Shown: positions 1 to 13,104, counted from the stretch's first letter. The stretch: DNA of 64,000 bases from Paraspadella gotoi (GCA_051294375.1 CM119265.1:19868880-19932879), one strand, 5' to 3'. The notes: a model not told the origin generated them from the sequence alone. Numbers and translations: made by a program.

Positions 1-33
<33 letters not shown>

Positions 34-1723
34 TGCGAATGTCGATTCTCATTCTCATACGAATTCGTGGGTGAGGTTGAAAGGTCAGAATTGAACAAGG
101 TGAGTTTCATGTATCGAAATTTGATGAAAAAAAAGTGACGCCTCGTCACCACGCGTCTCTAAGTACGTACAGACGTTAGAAAATAATACGTACTCAAAAG
201 AAATAGTGAGTTCTGTCACGTAAACAGTAACAACGAGTCACTGTTTTTTGTTTTTTTTAATTCTGTGGGTTTTCATTACATTATTATATATTTGTCTCGA
301 GGTCGTTTTTAAAACACGTAGATTTTTATAGGATTCGTCTCTTGAAAAAGTTTTAGATTTACGAAAAAGCAAATTATTCAATCTTTGCTAACGCTAGTAT
401 GACCCCTAAATTTATTTTGAAGTTTTTATGAACCATTTAAACTTTTTAAACTCTAAACCGTGAACGGTGAACCCAGCAATTCTTCAGTCGGGACGGAAAT
501 GGAAAAGGTGAGATTTAAGGAAACGAAGAAACGCGAGTTAATTAAAGTGAGTTTCTAGGGTAAGAGAAAAAAGAAAAGGCGAGGAAAGAGGCGAGGTCGT
601 AAAACTCGACTTAATTCGGGAAAGTCTGAGTCGATCCTGATTTTCGGCGCGAAAGTCGTCGCAGTTTTCGACGATCGATCGATTGAAGGTGTTAGGAGTG
701 TTGAGGGCGACAAGGGTGCTAAAATTACGAGGATCCCTGAAGGGCGACGAGGTGTGAGAGAGTTCAGCTGTCCAAGCGGTAGTGAGTGAGCAGGAAGGAA
801 GTCTGCTATACGGAAGATTAATTTACGCTATCGTCACAACGGGATGTTAAAATGGCGCGTCAGCCTTGAACTATGGCGAAGATGCTATTTTTAAAGTGTT
901 ATCGGGAGAGTAAAAACGATGACAAGGAATCTGCATGAAATCATAGAGTTTTGTGAATTTGAAAATGTTTTAACTATCAGAGAAAGATATGCGCTAATAC
1001 ATTCTCAATAACCTTTCGCCTGTTTAGTGTTTACCTCCCTACTGAGCTATAATTGCTCTAAAAAAAAAAACAATTAAAACTATCGCACGGCGTATTTTTT
1101 TCTTGACTTCGAAGATGTGCTCAAGTCTTTTAACATTAGTAGGTACATACATCGCCTGCTCAGATCCCAATTCTATTTTTTAACAATAAAAGGCTTTACT
1201 CACCGTCGACCCCTGGAACTCATCTCTCCCAACCCCAGCGAAGCTCGAACGAAGCTTTGCTTTACTCAGCTTTTTTCTCATTCAACTCGTAGCGGAGCAA
1301 TTAATGAGATCCGCCATTAGGACTTTCCTTCTCTTCGATTCTTTTTTTCCAACGATTAGAGAGAGAGAGAGAGAGAGATAGAGAGAGAGAGAGATAGAAA
1401 GAGAATAAGAGAGGAAGGAACAGAAACCATATAAAAAAGATCTTCTACTTTCAAAAATAGATAGTAACTCCCGAAATACATATCAATATAAAAAAAAAAT
1501 TAAGTTAAAAATAAAAGGAGAGAAAAGGGGGGGGAAAAAGTATGGTGGTCGAAATATGATGAATGGAAGTTGGGCGACGCGTCAAACAAACACCGAAAAA
1601 TGACCAATCGCCCCGAGGGGAGAAAAGGGGAGAGTGGGAGGTCCTTACCCGCGGGGCTTCAGGAGGCTGCGGGGGAAGGTGAAGATGGTAGGGGGGTAAG
1701 GAGTCTCTCCTTGTTATTGTGGT

Positions 1724-2160
1724 AGTTCTTGTGTGACGGATGTCGTTAAAATCTTAATCTTAATCTTAAGTTCTTGTGTGATGGATGTCGTTAAATCTTA
1801 ATATTAATCTTAATCTTAATCTTAATCTTAAGTTCTTGTGTGACGGATGTTGTTAAAATCTTAATCTTAATCTTAATCTTAATTTTAATCTTAATCTTAA
1901 TCTTAAGTTCTTGTGTGACGGATGTCATTAAAATCTTAATCTTAATCTTAATCTTAAGTTCTTGTGTGATGGATGTCGTTAAAATCTTAATCTTAATCTT
2001 AATCTTAATCTTAAGTTCTTGTGTGACGGATGTCGTTAAAATCTTAATCTTAATCTTAATCTTAAGTTCTTGCGTGACAGATGTCATTAAAAGCTTAATC
2101 TTAATCTTAATCTTAATCTTAATCTTAATCTTCAGTTCTTGTGTGACGGATGTCGTTAAA
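1724..2160. repeat. Compound minisatellite: 8 copies of a 27-bp unit separated by variable runs of (ATCTTA)n
   Basis: Unit AGTTCTTGTGTGACGGATGTCGTTAAA (minor variants) starts at about 1724, 1769, 1831, 1906, 1957, 2014, 2065 and 2134; the sequence between units is only ATCTTA hexamers. Confidence 0.95.
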
Positions 2161-4543
2161 ATCGATCTCGTAATTAGATGAAATTACGGACTCGACGTCT
2201 GCAAAGGAAAAGTTTCTGCTTCGCGAAATATGAGGAGAAAGGGAAGAAATGACGAGAGAAATAAACATCGGGAAAGTAAATTTTTGTCATATTACGTAAA
2301 GAATATAATGGCGGAGAGGGAGGAGGGGAGGATATGAGAATGAGAGGGAGAGAGAGAGAAAGAGAATAATAACCTACCGGTTCAGTGGGAGGTACTTACC
2401 TATAACTTTTTACCTAGAAGTAATAAAATATAGCATAATGAAAACGAATACCTGAATAGCCTAACCTAATTCAAGGCATCTTTAATATGCGTTTTGTCTT
2501 AATTTCAGTAAAATGGCTATTTTCTTTCTCTCTCTTACATTTTTCTTCGCCGCGCGATGGTAAAGTGAAATTCTCTCGTGGCCACAAGTTGGCAGACGAA
2601 ATGCGTGAATTTCATTAACACCGACGCGAGAAATGTTGAGCTTTTTTTTTGGGGGGGGGACGTTGAAGAGAGGTAAAAGAGAGGTGGAAAGAGTTAAAAG
2701 AGAGAGGTAAGAAAAAATAGCGAACAGGAGTCGGATCAGACGGGTAGAATAGGTTAGATTTAGTAATATATAAGATAAGATAGTTTATAATTTTTTTTAC
2801 TCTTAAGTCCAAAAGTACAACCGGGAAAATGAAGTGATAAGTCTCGAAAGAAAACCGTCTTCTTGCCGATGAGCAACACGTTTTTCAAATTCACATCTTT
2901 TTTTCAACTTTTCTTTCTATTATATTTTTTTTAAATTTTCATTCTTCCAGTGAAAATGATAATGACTTCACCAGATCCGCGAACCCAAGGACGAAATAGA
3001 AAGCCGCCGACGCCGCCGCCGAGCCGCCTAGCCGCCGAGAGTCTCACATTCCCATAGTCGCCCACAGCTGTCGCCGTCGTCGCTTTCACTGCCGTCACAT
3101 GAGTAGCAGAACTACGGTTGTGGTCGTCACCAAAGTCCAATGGTGACACGCTGCTTGATATCGCGTTTTCCTTTCAAAATTTTATTTGCTAAAAGGGACC
3201 CCAGAGCCATCTACCGGAATGAAAAAGAATTTTACTTTTGGTTTGTAATTTGATACATTTTTAAAGAGTTCACGCACCGACTTGGTCTTGACAAAATGGA
3301 CGGAATGGCTACAACGAGATCCAATCGGTGGCCGGACCGAAGGTGTCAAGCGACATCAGCGGTCGCCACTTCACCGAATCTTTTTTTTTCAACCTTTCCA
3401 AGGCTATTTTCGGAGCGACTCCGTTAATGCCCTTAATGGCCCCCATTTTCTCCCAAGCTCATGAAGGAGAATAGAATTGTAAATTGCCGAGCGAGCCCGA
3501 TTTTTTTTTCGGTCTGGGTAACCAGGCAACCGAGACGCGATCGTCTGTGGAGAGAGCGGAGCGTCCCAAAGCCGCGCGCGGCTGAGGAAAAGAGAGTTAA
3601 TTAAAAAAGTTTTTAAAAAAAAGATATTAAGCTTAATCGCTATCAAATGCGGCTCGATTTTTACAGGTTCTTTTCTTTTCCGCTGCAAAGGTGAGACAAC
3701 TTTGGGGAGAAAGTTTTATGGCGCCACTAAAACTCTTTTGACTGAAAAGACACGATTGGGTTTTTTTTTTTACTAGCGAAAAAAAATGTTTTGATGCGCT
3801 TTTCCTTCTTTTTTTCTTCCGTTATAGAACACAATATTGCAATTAGTGAAGATTACTGTATATTACTATATATCTACACGATTAGATGAAGCGCGCAACG
3901 CGTAGTATCTTTCGTTCCGCGATCGAGAGCTCTAATAGAAACTAATAAAGTTTTATGTGAGGGAAAATTAAAAGATGGAAAAAACGCGAAGAGTTTCTCG
4001 GAAGAGGGAACGAGAGAAAGAAGGAGGAATGAAAAAAAAAGTTAGAGAGGAAGATGGACAAAAATAAAATGCGGAGAGGGTAGTGAGAGATCGATGACAA
4101 AGGGGGGAATAAGTGATATAGTTGTAGAAGTAGCATCGATGAGATAGGGGCGAATAAATGATAAATAAACAGATGACGAAGTGTTAAATTTCAGGTCGTG
4201 GCACAAAGATCAATCGGTGGTAAACAGGCAGATAAACAAAAAATTTTCACAAAGTAAGAAGGAAGTTATTCGTAAGAAAAGCAAAGATAACCAAGGTATC
4301 AGACAAACAAAAACCCTATAGTGGATATATATGATAGAAAAACGAAGAGAGAGAGAGACAGTTAGACGCGCAAATAAACGAGATAGAGAGAGAGACGTCG
4401 GGAAACGATGGAGACTTTCCCTCTCCGATTGACGAGGGTAATTAATACTTCCCCCCTTCTTCCAAGCCAAACAATTAGAGGCGATAACGGTTCTTAATTA
4501 GTTCCCGGCCGAGAGTAATGAAAACGAGATATCCGGTACTTAC

Positions 4544-4555
4544 CGGCTTCGGCAT
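4544..4555 (-). CDS. Probable first coding exon (MPKP) of an ERM-family (ezrin/radixin/moesin) gene continuing leftwards out of the window
   Basis: Minus strand: acceptor CAG, exon 4639-4544 ending GCCACC-ATG CCG AAG CCG then GTAAGT. Strong Kozak context and perfect donor; ERM proteins begin MPKP followed by an intron. No FERM exon was recognised in 1-4540, so identity rests on 4 codons. Confidence 0.4.
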
Positions 4556-4727
4556 GGTGGCTGGTGATGTTGCTATCGACGCTGGATTACCCGATGGGGT
4601 TTCTTGTCGAGGACGCGGGGTCGGTTATTATGTGAAAATCTGTGGAAAGTCGAAGGAGATAAAATAATGTTATACAAGGTTATTCACAGGCCAGGACTTA
4701 TTATTTTTAACTATAACTAGTAGGGAA

Positions 4728-4957
4728 NNNNNNNNNNNNNNNNNNNNNNNNNNNNNNNNNNNNNNNNNNNNNNNNNNNNNNNNNNNNNNNNNNNNNNNNN
4801 NNNNNNNNNNNNNNNNNNNNNNNNNNNNNNNNNNNNNNNNNNNNNNNNNNNNNNNNNNNNNNNNNNNNNNNNNNNNNNNNNNNNNNNNNNNNNNNNNNNN
4901 NNNNNNNNNNNNNNNNNNNNNNNNNNNNNNNNNNNNNNNNNNNNNNNNNNNNNNNNN
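4728..4957. other. Assembly gap (N run)
   Basis: 230 N bases. Confidence 1.
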
Positions 4958-5702
4958 AGAGAGAGAGAGAGAGACAGAGTGAATTTGATGGGGTCGATAT
5001 TGAAAATCGATAAGCGTTTTTAGCTGCGAGGGTTTTCCTCCTGCAAACAACGCGACAAAGCCTCGATCGCCCTACAATCCCTTCTCCTCCGTTCGAGGGT
5101 TGGCAAAGGGTGCATCTCCTCTGGCGCAACAGATGGAGACCTTTTAAACCCACAATTTAAACGTTTAACACGAACTTTAAAAAAAAAATGGCGGAGAAAA
5201 AAACGACATAAAATTTCGTGAGCGAATCGTAGAGGAGTTTATTTAATATTTATTCACCGCAGAATCGTCGGAGTTTCCGTCGTTGTTGGTCTGGTTGCTA
5301 CTTTTTTTTCTTTTTTTTTTTTTGAGAAAATGAAAAGATTTCCACCATCTGGCGTCGAGTGAGAAAATTGAATGTGAGAATCCTGTGAAAGTCGATATTC
5401 AACAATTGTTTCACGTCCTTAGAAAAGGACTTCAATCCAATCAGAGGAGATTGATGAGATCGTGATCGTGAGATATCGATTCAGTTCAGTCACCATCATC
5501 GGTCTCGTCATCCTCATGAAATCTCCGAAAATCGAAATCAAAATGAAATCGCGACAAATTCGAATTAACTCTTCGTGAAAAGAAAAAAGAAATTTGTCAA
5601 ACGAGTTTTTTGTCTCAAAGCCTTCATTTTTTCCTCCCCCTCGAGTTTTTTTTTTTTTTTTCTTTTTTTTTGTTTTTTCTTCTCGATTAGCCAAAAAAGA
5701 TA

Positions 5703-8194
5703 CAGTAATCGGTTTTTGAAGAACCTGGAAAAGTCCAGGGACGGCTGTAAACTTTTGTAAATTGCTGATAATCAGCTGAAAATCGAATTACGGTTAGACC
5801 CTAGGGTGGTTTATTACCCCCCAATTAAGAGTTTTGAGCCACCTTTAGAAAAAAAAATAGTGAATGGGGATTTTTTTGGACAAAAAAATTTAAATTTGCA
5901 TACTGAAAAAAGAAAATATGTAGTAATACTTCATATTTAATGAGTTGGAATACACCGGGAGGGCGTGCCGTAAGACCAAGTGGTAAAAAAAAACAAAAAA
6001 TGATTCAAATTACAGCTTTGGTTTAAACACTCATTTGCATAACGAGTACAAATATTTTTTTAATAATACTTGGTACTTTTTCAGTCTTATGAAAATTTAT
6101 AAAAACTTTTTTCACAATAATAGCTAACTGATACACCATATAACACATACATGAAGTAAAAAATAGAAATACTTTGGTTATTCTTTAAAATCTTCCAAAA
6201 ATTAAAAATTTTTCCAAAAAATGATTCAAAAATATTTGCCTGTTTTAATTTACAAAACAAATGTTTTTTTAATAATACATAGTATATTAAAATGCCAACC
6301 AAATTCTGGTCCCGTGTGCACTTTTTTGATTCTGACTTACAAAGATATTATTTTAATTTTTTTTAAATATAACGTTTATTTCTAGCTATATTTGATGAAA
6401 TACTAACCACTTCAAAACCTTAAAAAAAATACCCCAGAAAAACAAACACCTATTCAAAAAAACTTTATTTTTAAAACACCGTTCCATTGCAATATTACAT
6501 GATCTCCATTACTTTAATGAACATATCTCAAAAGTGAGAAAACCATTCAGGTTTTATGTGTGAAAGTTTAATAGATAACTTGTGAAATAAGAAATGACTG
6601 CACAGCGAAGCTGCATCGCAAGGAAGGCGATAAAAAAAAATTTAGATGAACTATAAATTCAGCTTGAATTGAAAATGAATGAGGTACTCTTGCTTAATAA
6701 GAGGCGGACAACAAAAGTAAAAAATTTTTATTTTTTTTAAGAACCCATTCAGATAGCCCATAAAAAAAGTTTTTCACACAAAGTATAATCGTTTTTTTCA
6801 CAATATTTTGATCGATAAGTGGGTCAAATAAGGAAAAACTCTTTTAAAATGCAAATCATCATGCATCGTTCGTACCACAAAATTTTTATATAGTTTTTGT
6901 TAAAATTAAGAGAGCAATAAAACAATTAAAATTTGAAAAAAATCTTGGTTAAAGTAAATGATTTTTTATTTTATTTTTTCAAATCTCTACCCGAATCCGC
7001 TTTTAAAAAAAAAAATTTCCCTGAATTTTGGGAAAAAAAAAAAATTTTCCATGATTTATAGTAAATTAACGATAATACTTTAAAATTTGCTTCTATATTT
7101 ATTTATTAATATATTTAAAATTTTTTTAATTTTTTTTTTTAATTCTCCATCCCACAGGGATGCTTTAAAAAAAACCGTTATTATATTACAGAACTCTTAG
7201 TTTTTTTTACTTTTGTTCCGCCTTATTAACGGCAAGAGTATATTATTCAATTACAAAGCTTGAATATAGTTCATCCATCTATTTTTCGCCTTCCCTGTGC
7301 AGTCATTCCTTATAAAGTTATCCTATACTTTTTCACACAATAAACCTATGGGTTCCACTTGATATTATTAAAGTAAAGAACGAGATGTAAAATCAACATT
7401 GGAATGGTTTTTATTATAAAGGTTTGAAAAAATTAAGGGTGTTTTTTCTCGTAAAATTTTTTTTAAAGGTTTTGAAAGGGGTTATATTTCAAATAATAAT
7501 AGTAGGCGTATTTTAAATTTAAAAAAAAAATTATATATTTTAAAATTCAGTGCACCCCCGAGGACAGAATGGTTGGCAGTAATTACTAATTTTTAAAAAA
7601 AAAAGCATTTGTTCAAAAAAATGCATACTTTTGATTAGTTTGGTTTAAAATTAATTTTGGAATATTAAGAAATAACAATATTCTATATTTTAATTCAATT
7701 GTATGTTATTGGTGTAATTCAGGTTGTCTATATATTCGAATATTAAATTTTATTTATAATTATCATACAGACTGTTGAAAATACAATATTAATAAATATA
7801 TTGCTACTGTATGCAAATGCATGTTTTAAACTAAAGCTGTATTTGATTCATTTTTTTTTGTTTTTACCGCAACTGGTTTAGGCGCAACCCCTCCCGTATG
7901 ATTATATCACATAATATCTAAATTAGAGTATTTACTAACGCATACATTTTTTTATACAAGTATGTCAAATTAATTTTTCTGTCCAAAAAAAAATGCCCAT
8001 TCAACTACCTTTTTTTTTTTAAAGTGGCCTCAAACTCTTCATGGGGGAATTAAAATAACGCACCCTCAGGTCTAACCCGTATTCGATTTTCACTGATTGT
8101 CCAAGCATTTACAACAAAAAAAGTTGACAGCCCTCCCTGGACTTTCCCAGGGGTTCTTGTTTTCCTTTATAAAATTTAAAACCGATTTTTACTG
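5703..8194. mobile_element. About 2.5-kb foldback (long inverted repeat) non-autonomous DNA element with Tc1/mariner-type ends
   Basis: Left end TA|CAGTAATCGGTTTT (TA 5701-5702), right end AAAACCGATTTTTACTG|TA (TA 8195-8196). Arms about 5703-6800 and 7165-8194 are imperfect, indel-rich reverse complements, e.g. AAAGTCCAGGGACGGCTGT vs ACAGCCCTCCCTGGACTTT and AGGCGGACAACAAAAGT vs ACTTTTGTTCCGCCT. No transposase ORF. Confidence 0.8.
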
Positions 8195-9570
8195 TAAGCC
8201 TTTTTCCCCAGAGACCAAAGATATAAAAGTGTTCAGGTTTTTTCCGAGGGCATATTCGAGCCTATTATTTTTCCTCTTAAGCTTAATCATTAATAAAGAA
8301 GACTATCGGATGGGTTTCCGTAACACTAAGTCCTCTTTAACTTCACTTTTTTACTCAACATGGGGGAAAAAAAAGACTTTTAAATCTCCAGCTCTCCATC
8401 AATCTTTATTTCTAACTCATCTCTCTCTCGAGTCCTCCCCTCTCCCTCTTATCTCCGTCTCATCCTCTCTCTCTCGTCTCTCTCTCTCTCTCATCCTCTC
8501 CATACCGTCGTCGCTTTCATTCTTTTTTTCTCCTTTATTCTCTCTTCTCTCTCCCGCTCTCCCTCTGATCTGTCTCCTTTTCCCGACTGGTGATTTGTTT
8601 TGTGGGGAGAAAACAGCCTGTAACCCTTCGTAGCTGTCTTTTTTCCCTCTTCTTTCTCTCTTCTCTCTTCTCCTCCTCTCTCCCATTCTCATCTTGTCCT
8701 CGCCTCTTCTCTCTCTCTCTCTCATCTCTCTCCTCCCTCTCTCTCTCCTTCTCTCAGTCTTTTTTTCGCACCCTCCCCACTTAGTGAGAAAAAAAAAGCG
8801 CGCCAAAAACTTGTCGGGTCTAATACGTTTCTCCATTAGTCTTGATTTAACAGAATCCGAACCTCGTGATCCTCCCACGCGCGCCACTCTCTGCACACCT
8901 TGAAGGCGCGTTTCCTTAGCACACCTTGAAGGCGCCATTCTTTCCTCAAATGTATGACGCATACTTTCACTATATATACGTATCTCCATATATCTCCATC
9001 TTCAAAAGTATTTTATACTCTTCACCCCAAATAGTCGGATCCTCACTCAAGTATGATTGAATGAGTCACAATCACAACACCCACCCTCTCATAATCACGT
9101 GACGCCCGAAATGATTCTCACGCGTTGACGTCGCCAGGAACGTCATCGACTACGCGGAGCCCGACCACGCGACGACGCCCGCGAACCGAGACAAAGATGA
9201 CTACCGGAGTTTCCTACGTTCACACCAAACTGAATTAGATCACAGCACACCGTGAAATCGAGAATCTTCTCTTCGCCAACTCCTTTGCCAAGCATTTTTG
9301 GTCTCGGCCCAAGACAACCATGATCTTTCTCCGCCGGGGATCGAACCTTCCCATCGACACGCCCGAGGCACGGGATTTTAAATTAAAATCTGGAAGTTCT
9401 TTTAAAAAAAAAACAATAACAAAAGCTCCAATCTCAATGAGCATTTCTGTCGATATTAATGTCCCAAATCTCCGGCTCAATCCATCCACTTTTCTCTCCA
9501 TCCCATTGCCCTACCTAATTTCCATCAGCTTCGTATCTCCGCCCTCGATCACCCTTCTTTGCAGACCCTT

Positions 9571-9799
9571 NNNNNNNNNNNNNNNNNNNNNNNNNNNNNN
9601 NNNNNNNNNNNNNNNNNNNNNNNNNNNNNNNNNNNNNNNNNNNNNNNNNNNNNNNNNNNNNNNNNNNNNNNNNNNNNNNNNNNNNNNNNNNNNNNNNNNN
9701 NNNNNNNNNNNNNNNNNNNNNNNNNNNNNNNNNNNNNNNNNNNNNNNNNNNNNNNNNNNNNNNNNNNNNNNNNNNNNNNNNNNNNNNNNNNNNNNNNNN
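9571..9799. other. Assembly gap (N run)
   Basis: 229 N bases. Confidence 1.
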
Positions 9800-10086
9800 A
9801 AAGATCCATTCTCGATTGAAGTTTTTCAGTTTGTACAGTTGTTAGGCGGCGAAGAATTTCCATTGATTTTCCATTTGTAGATAGAATAGCGACAGAGAGG
9901 GAGACAGACGCGCCGACCGAACGAATCAGCGAGAGAGACAGAGAGATCTGAGAGAGAAAGAAAGAGAATAAAAAGGACAGAGACGGAGAGGCTCGAACCG
10001 GAATATCGATGTCTCATTCGTCTCCGTTCGTTTTCGTCTCTGGACTTAATGACGAGAGAGAGAGAGAGAGAAGAGAAGAGAGAGAA

Positions 10087-10141
<55 letters not shown>

Positions 10142-10720
10142 TAGAAGATCCTGAAGGAAGGAAGAAGTGAGTGGTAAGTATTACGAGGGAGATCGATGCC
10201 GACAGTTGAGAGGCTTGGTCAGTCGGGGAGAATGACGTCGATGCGCGGAAAAGGGAGACCAATCGATGAGACTTTGAATGAGTTCTGAAAAGGGATGTTA
10301 AAAGACTCCTTCGGGAGTCCGCGGTTGTTAGGATGTTAGCCGACTATTTAAAAAAAGGGAGTCAGTGTTGGTTATTGATTTGCCTTGCACGAGGTGTTGG
10401 AGCTGAAGCGGAAGGGATGTGTTGAGGAGAGATGGGGGAGATGCCCCGCGACGAATTTCAACAAAGAAAAAGAACTCAGTTTATATTTTATAAATGTCAA
10501 CTTGAATTACACTTTGTATTCGGAAGTTTGGTCTGTTTCGCCAGTTCGACAGTTTGATTCCCATTCCGCAAAACTCACCGATATTGGTTCAAAATAAAAT
10601 CGAAAATCGATAAAGTAATTTAGAAGAGCAAAATTCATAAAAAAAGCAATTTAAAACATTTAGTCCTGTTTACTGTTTAGTGTTTACGTAGTACCATTTT
10701 GGTGCAAGCTAATTTTTTTT

Positions 10721-10755
<35 letters not shown>

Positions 10756-10994
10756 CCTTCTCATTGATTTGTATTTGAGAATAACATTGGGGTTTCTTAA
10801 TGGGATATCTTAATGGTGTCTTAATTTTTTAATATACACAAAATATATAAATAAGTAAACAATTATTGAAAATAATAGTCATAGAAATATAAAAACATTA
10901 TATCCTTTTGTGAAAATTGTTGTTATAGTTTTTGTATAATCACGATTTCAGAACCATCTCATTATTAAAAAGCACAATAATCTTTTTTCTTGTT

Positions 10995-11192
10995 ATCGCT
11001 TCTCGGCCTTTTGGCTAAGATCAAAGTTATCATCATCTGTTCTCATCAGCTTAATATCTGATACGGTCCGCACTGCGAGCTTAGAGTATTAAACTGATTT
11101 TTGAGCATCAGAGGAAAGCCCAGTGTAATGTGTATGCTCGGCTTCCTCCACCGGTCATCCGGGTATTGCAGTACCTTCGGGAATGGCCAACC
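10995..11192 (+). ncRNA. U2: U2 spliceosomal snRNA (variant branch-point recognition region)
   Basis: 5' end ATCGCTTCTCGGCCTTTTGGCTAAGATCAAAG; stem IIa ATCAG-CTTAATAT-CTGAT; stem IIc partner GTATTAA; Sm site ATTTTTG at 11097-11103; stem III GAGGAAAGCC...GGCTTCCTC; stem-loop IV with ATTGCAGTAC. 3' end approximate. Confidence 0.93.
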
Positions 11193-12487
11193 ATTCATTT
11201 CAAGAAATATTTAAAGACAGTGAATTTAATTTTTAAGTATTGTTTAAACCGGTTCTGACAAATAAAGGTCAGTAAATACTTACGTATAAAGAAAGTTTTG
11301 AATCTTAATTAGTTAATATCAAATTATACCACTCTAGATACTCAATGGGCAATGGGCAGTCAAATTGGGCAGTCAAATTGTTACGAATTTACGAAAAATT
11401 TCCCGCCAATCGGATGGAGGTGTGGCGGCGAAGGTGGCGGCGTAAAATGAGCGGAGGCATGCAAATGGATTTGACGAGTGAAGAAAAAAGTTTTAAAAAA
11501 TTCAACTTCATTGGAATTACAAAACGTGGCGCAAGCAGGCGTGGCTCTCTCTCTCTCTCTCTCAGTGAATGACAACTTTGTCTAGAGGACGAAGCGGTGC
11601 CGATGGTTCACTTCATGCAAATCCAATTCAGTGACGAAACCAAAAGAAAATTTGAAAAAAAAAACAAACTTTTTTTGAGTCTTAGTGATCATTGATCAAT
11701 GCTAATCACCGAGAAGTTATTGAGCGTTGTTTTTTTTTTTTTTTTACTTTTTCAAGTTTGGTTTAAAATTTAAAAAATAATTTCAGAGATTATCACAATC
11801 TATATTCCGTAGATAAAATTTAAGAGAGACGTGAAATAAACGTTTCATTTTAGAATTCCGTTTTCGCTCGTGAATCAACAAAGAGGATGATTCGTTTTTT
11901 TGTTTTCACGAAGGGAAGGGCGGGTGGAAAAAAAAATAAGGCTCAGTGAGAAAATTTGATTCAGAAAAAAAGTCTGGGTTGCGATGATTCGGCTCGAAAA
12001 GTTATCTTGGATAAAACGTTTTTTTTTTTTCAGATTGGAAGAGACTCGATCCTCGCAGTCGAAGATACAAACCGGTAGTTATTTTTATTTTCATGAGATG
12101 TTGTCTGCATCTGAATTCATTTACCGACCGGCACAGAAGTTGGTCGAATGAATTTTATCATAAAGAATCCGGTTCATTTTTACATTAAACATACAGGCAG
12201 AATTGTACATTTGTATATTTAGAGAAAAATTGAAGCTGATTTATTCTCTTATTCCAGTTACATACAATTAAATTTATTAAACGATTCGCTTCGTTTCCTT
12301 TAATCGTACTTTTACAATTAGAATTGTGGCTGGGGCGTCTTTCCTTCTTCAATAGTTTTATTTCGTTTTGATTTATAATTTTCATAATATTATAAGCTGG
12401 GACTCTTGTTTTTTTCTTGCGCTGCGTAGGAGGACGCTGCAAATCCACAGTTATGATCATGAAATTTAAACAAGTGCGCCAGTCCAA

Positions 12488-13104
12488 CAGGCCGGAACAG
12501 GTTGAAAACTAGAAGTTCTCTTCAAATAAATAATGATAAAGTGACTGTTAGAGAATATGAAAATAAAAATAATTTTTAAAAATTATCTTATTAATAAGCG
12601 CACGGAAGCCTTTAAAGATTATTTTATTACTATATAAAGTTAAAAATTTTTTTTGAATTTTTCAATTTTTTTTTAATGGATTCTGATAGAGCTTTAAAAG
12701 TTAGATAAAGGTTATTAATACAAATTTTTAAAATTTTTTTTGTTTTATTGATAAAAATTTTAAAAAACTATAAAATTCAGCCAATGATGATGATGATGAT
12801 GATTTTTTAATGTTTTTTTCTGTTTTTTAACCAATTTCTTGTCAAAATTTTTAAAAATTGTAGTACTAACTTTCATTTAACTTTTCAAGCTCTATAGGAA
12901 TCCGTTCTTAAAAACAAATTTTTTTTAAAAAATATTTTTGTCATTTGTTATATATTAATAAATATTTAAAAGCTTCAGTGCAAACAACCCAATGAACTAA
13001 TTCAAAAAAGTTGCATGAAAATCGATTTAGTAATAGAAGGAAAAAAGGAATTTTTTTGAGAGAATTAAAAGTTATAAAAAGTGTTTCAATTTTTGCCCGC
13101 CTTA
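12488..13104. mobile_element. About 600-bp MITE-like element, copy 1
   Basis: Colinear and highly similar to 57319-57917; ends AGGCCGGAACA ... CCGCCTTA; internal imperfect palindromy (GGATTCTGATAGAGCTT / AAGCTCTATAGGAATCC). Confidence 0.8.

Noticed and set aside
1724-2160. CRISPR-like array (27-bp repeats with spacers)
   Set aside because: The spacers are all the same hexamer microsatellite rather than unique sequences; context is eukaryotic and no cas genes are present.
2931-3149. GC-rich minus-strand ORF of 72 aa
   Set aside because: No recognisable motif and no ATG start; it could be an alternative or UTR exon but cannot be supported.
8097-8989. ORFs of 178 and 190 aa (SL-rich and RE-rich)
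   Set aside because: Translations of degenerate CT/GA microsatellite.
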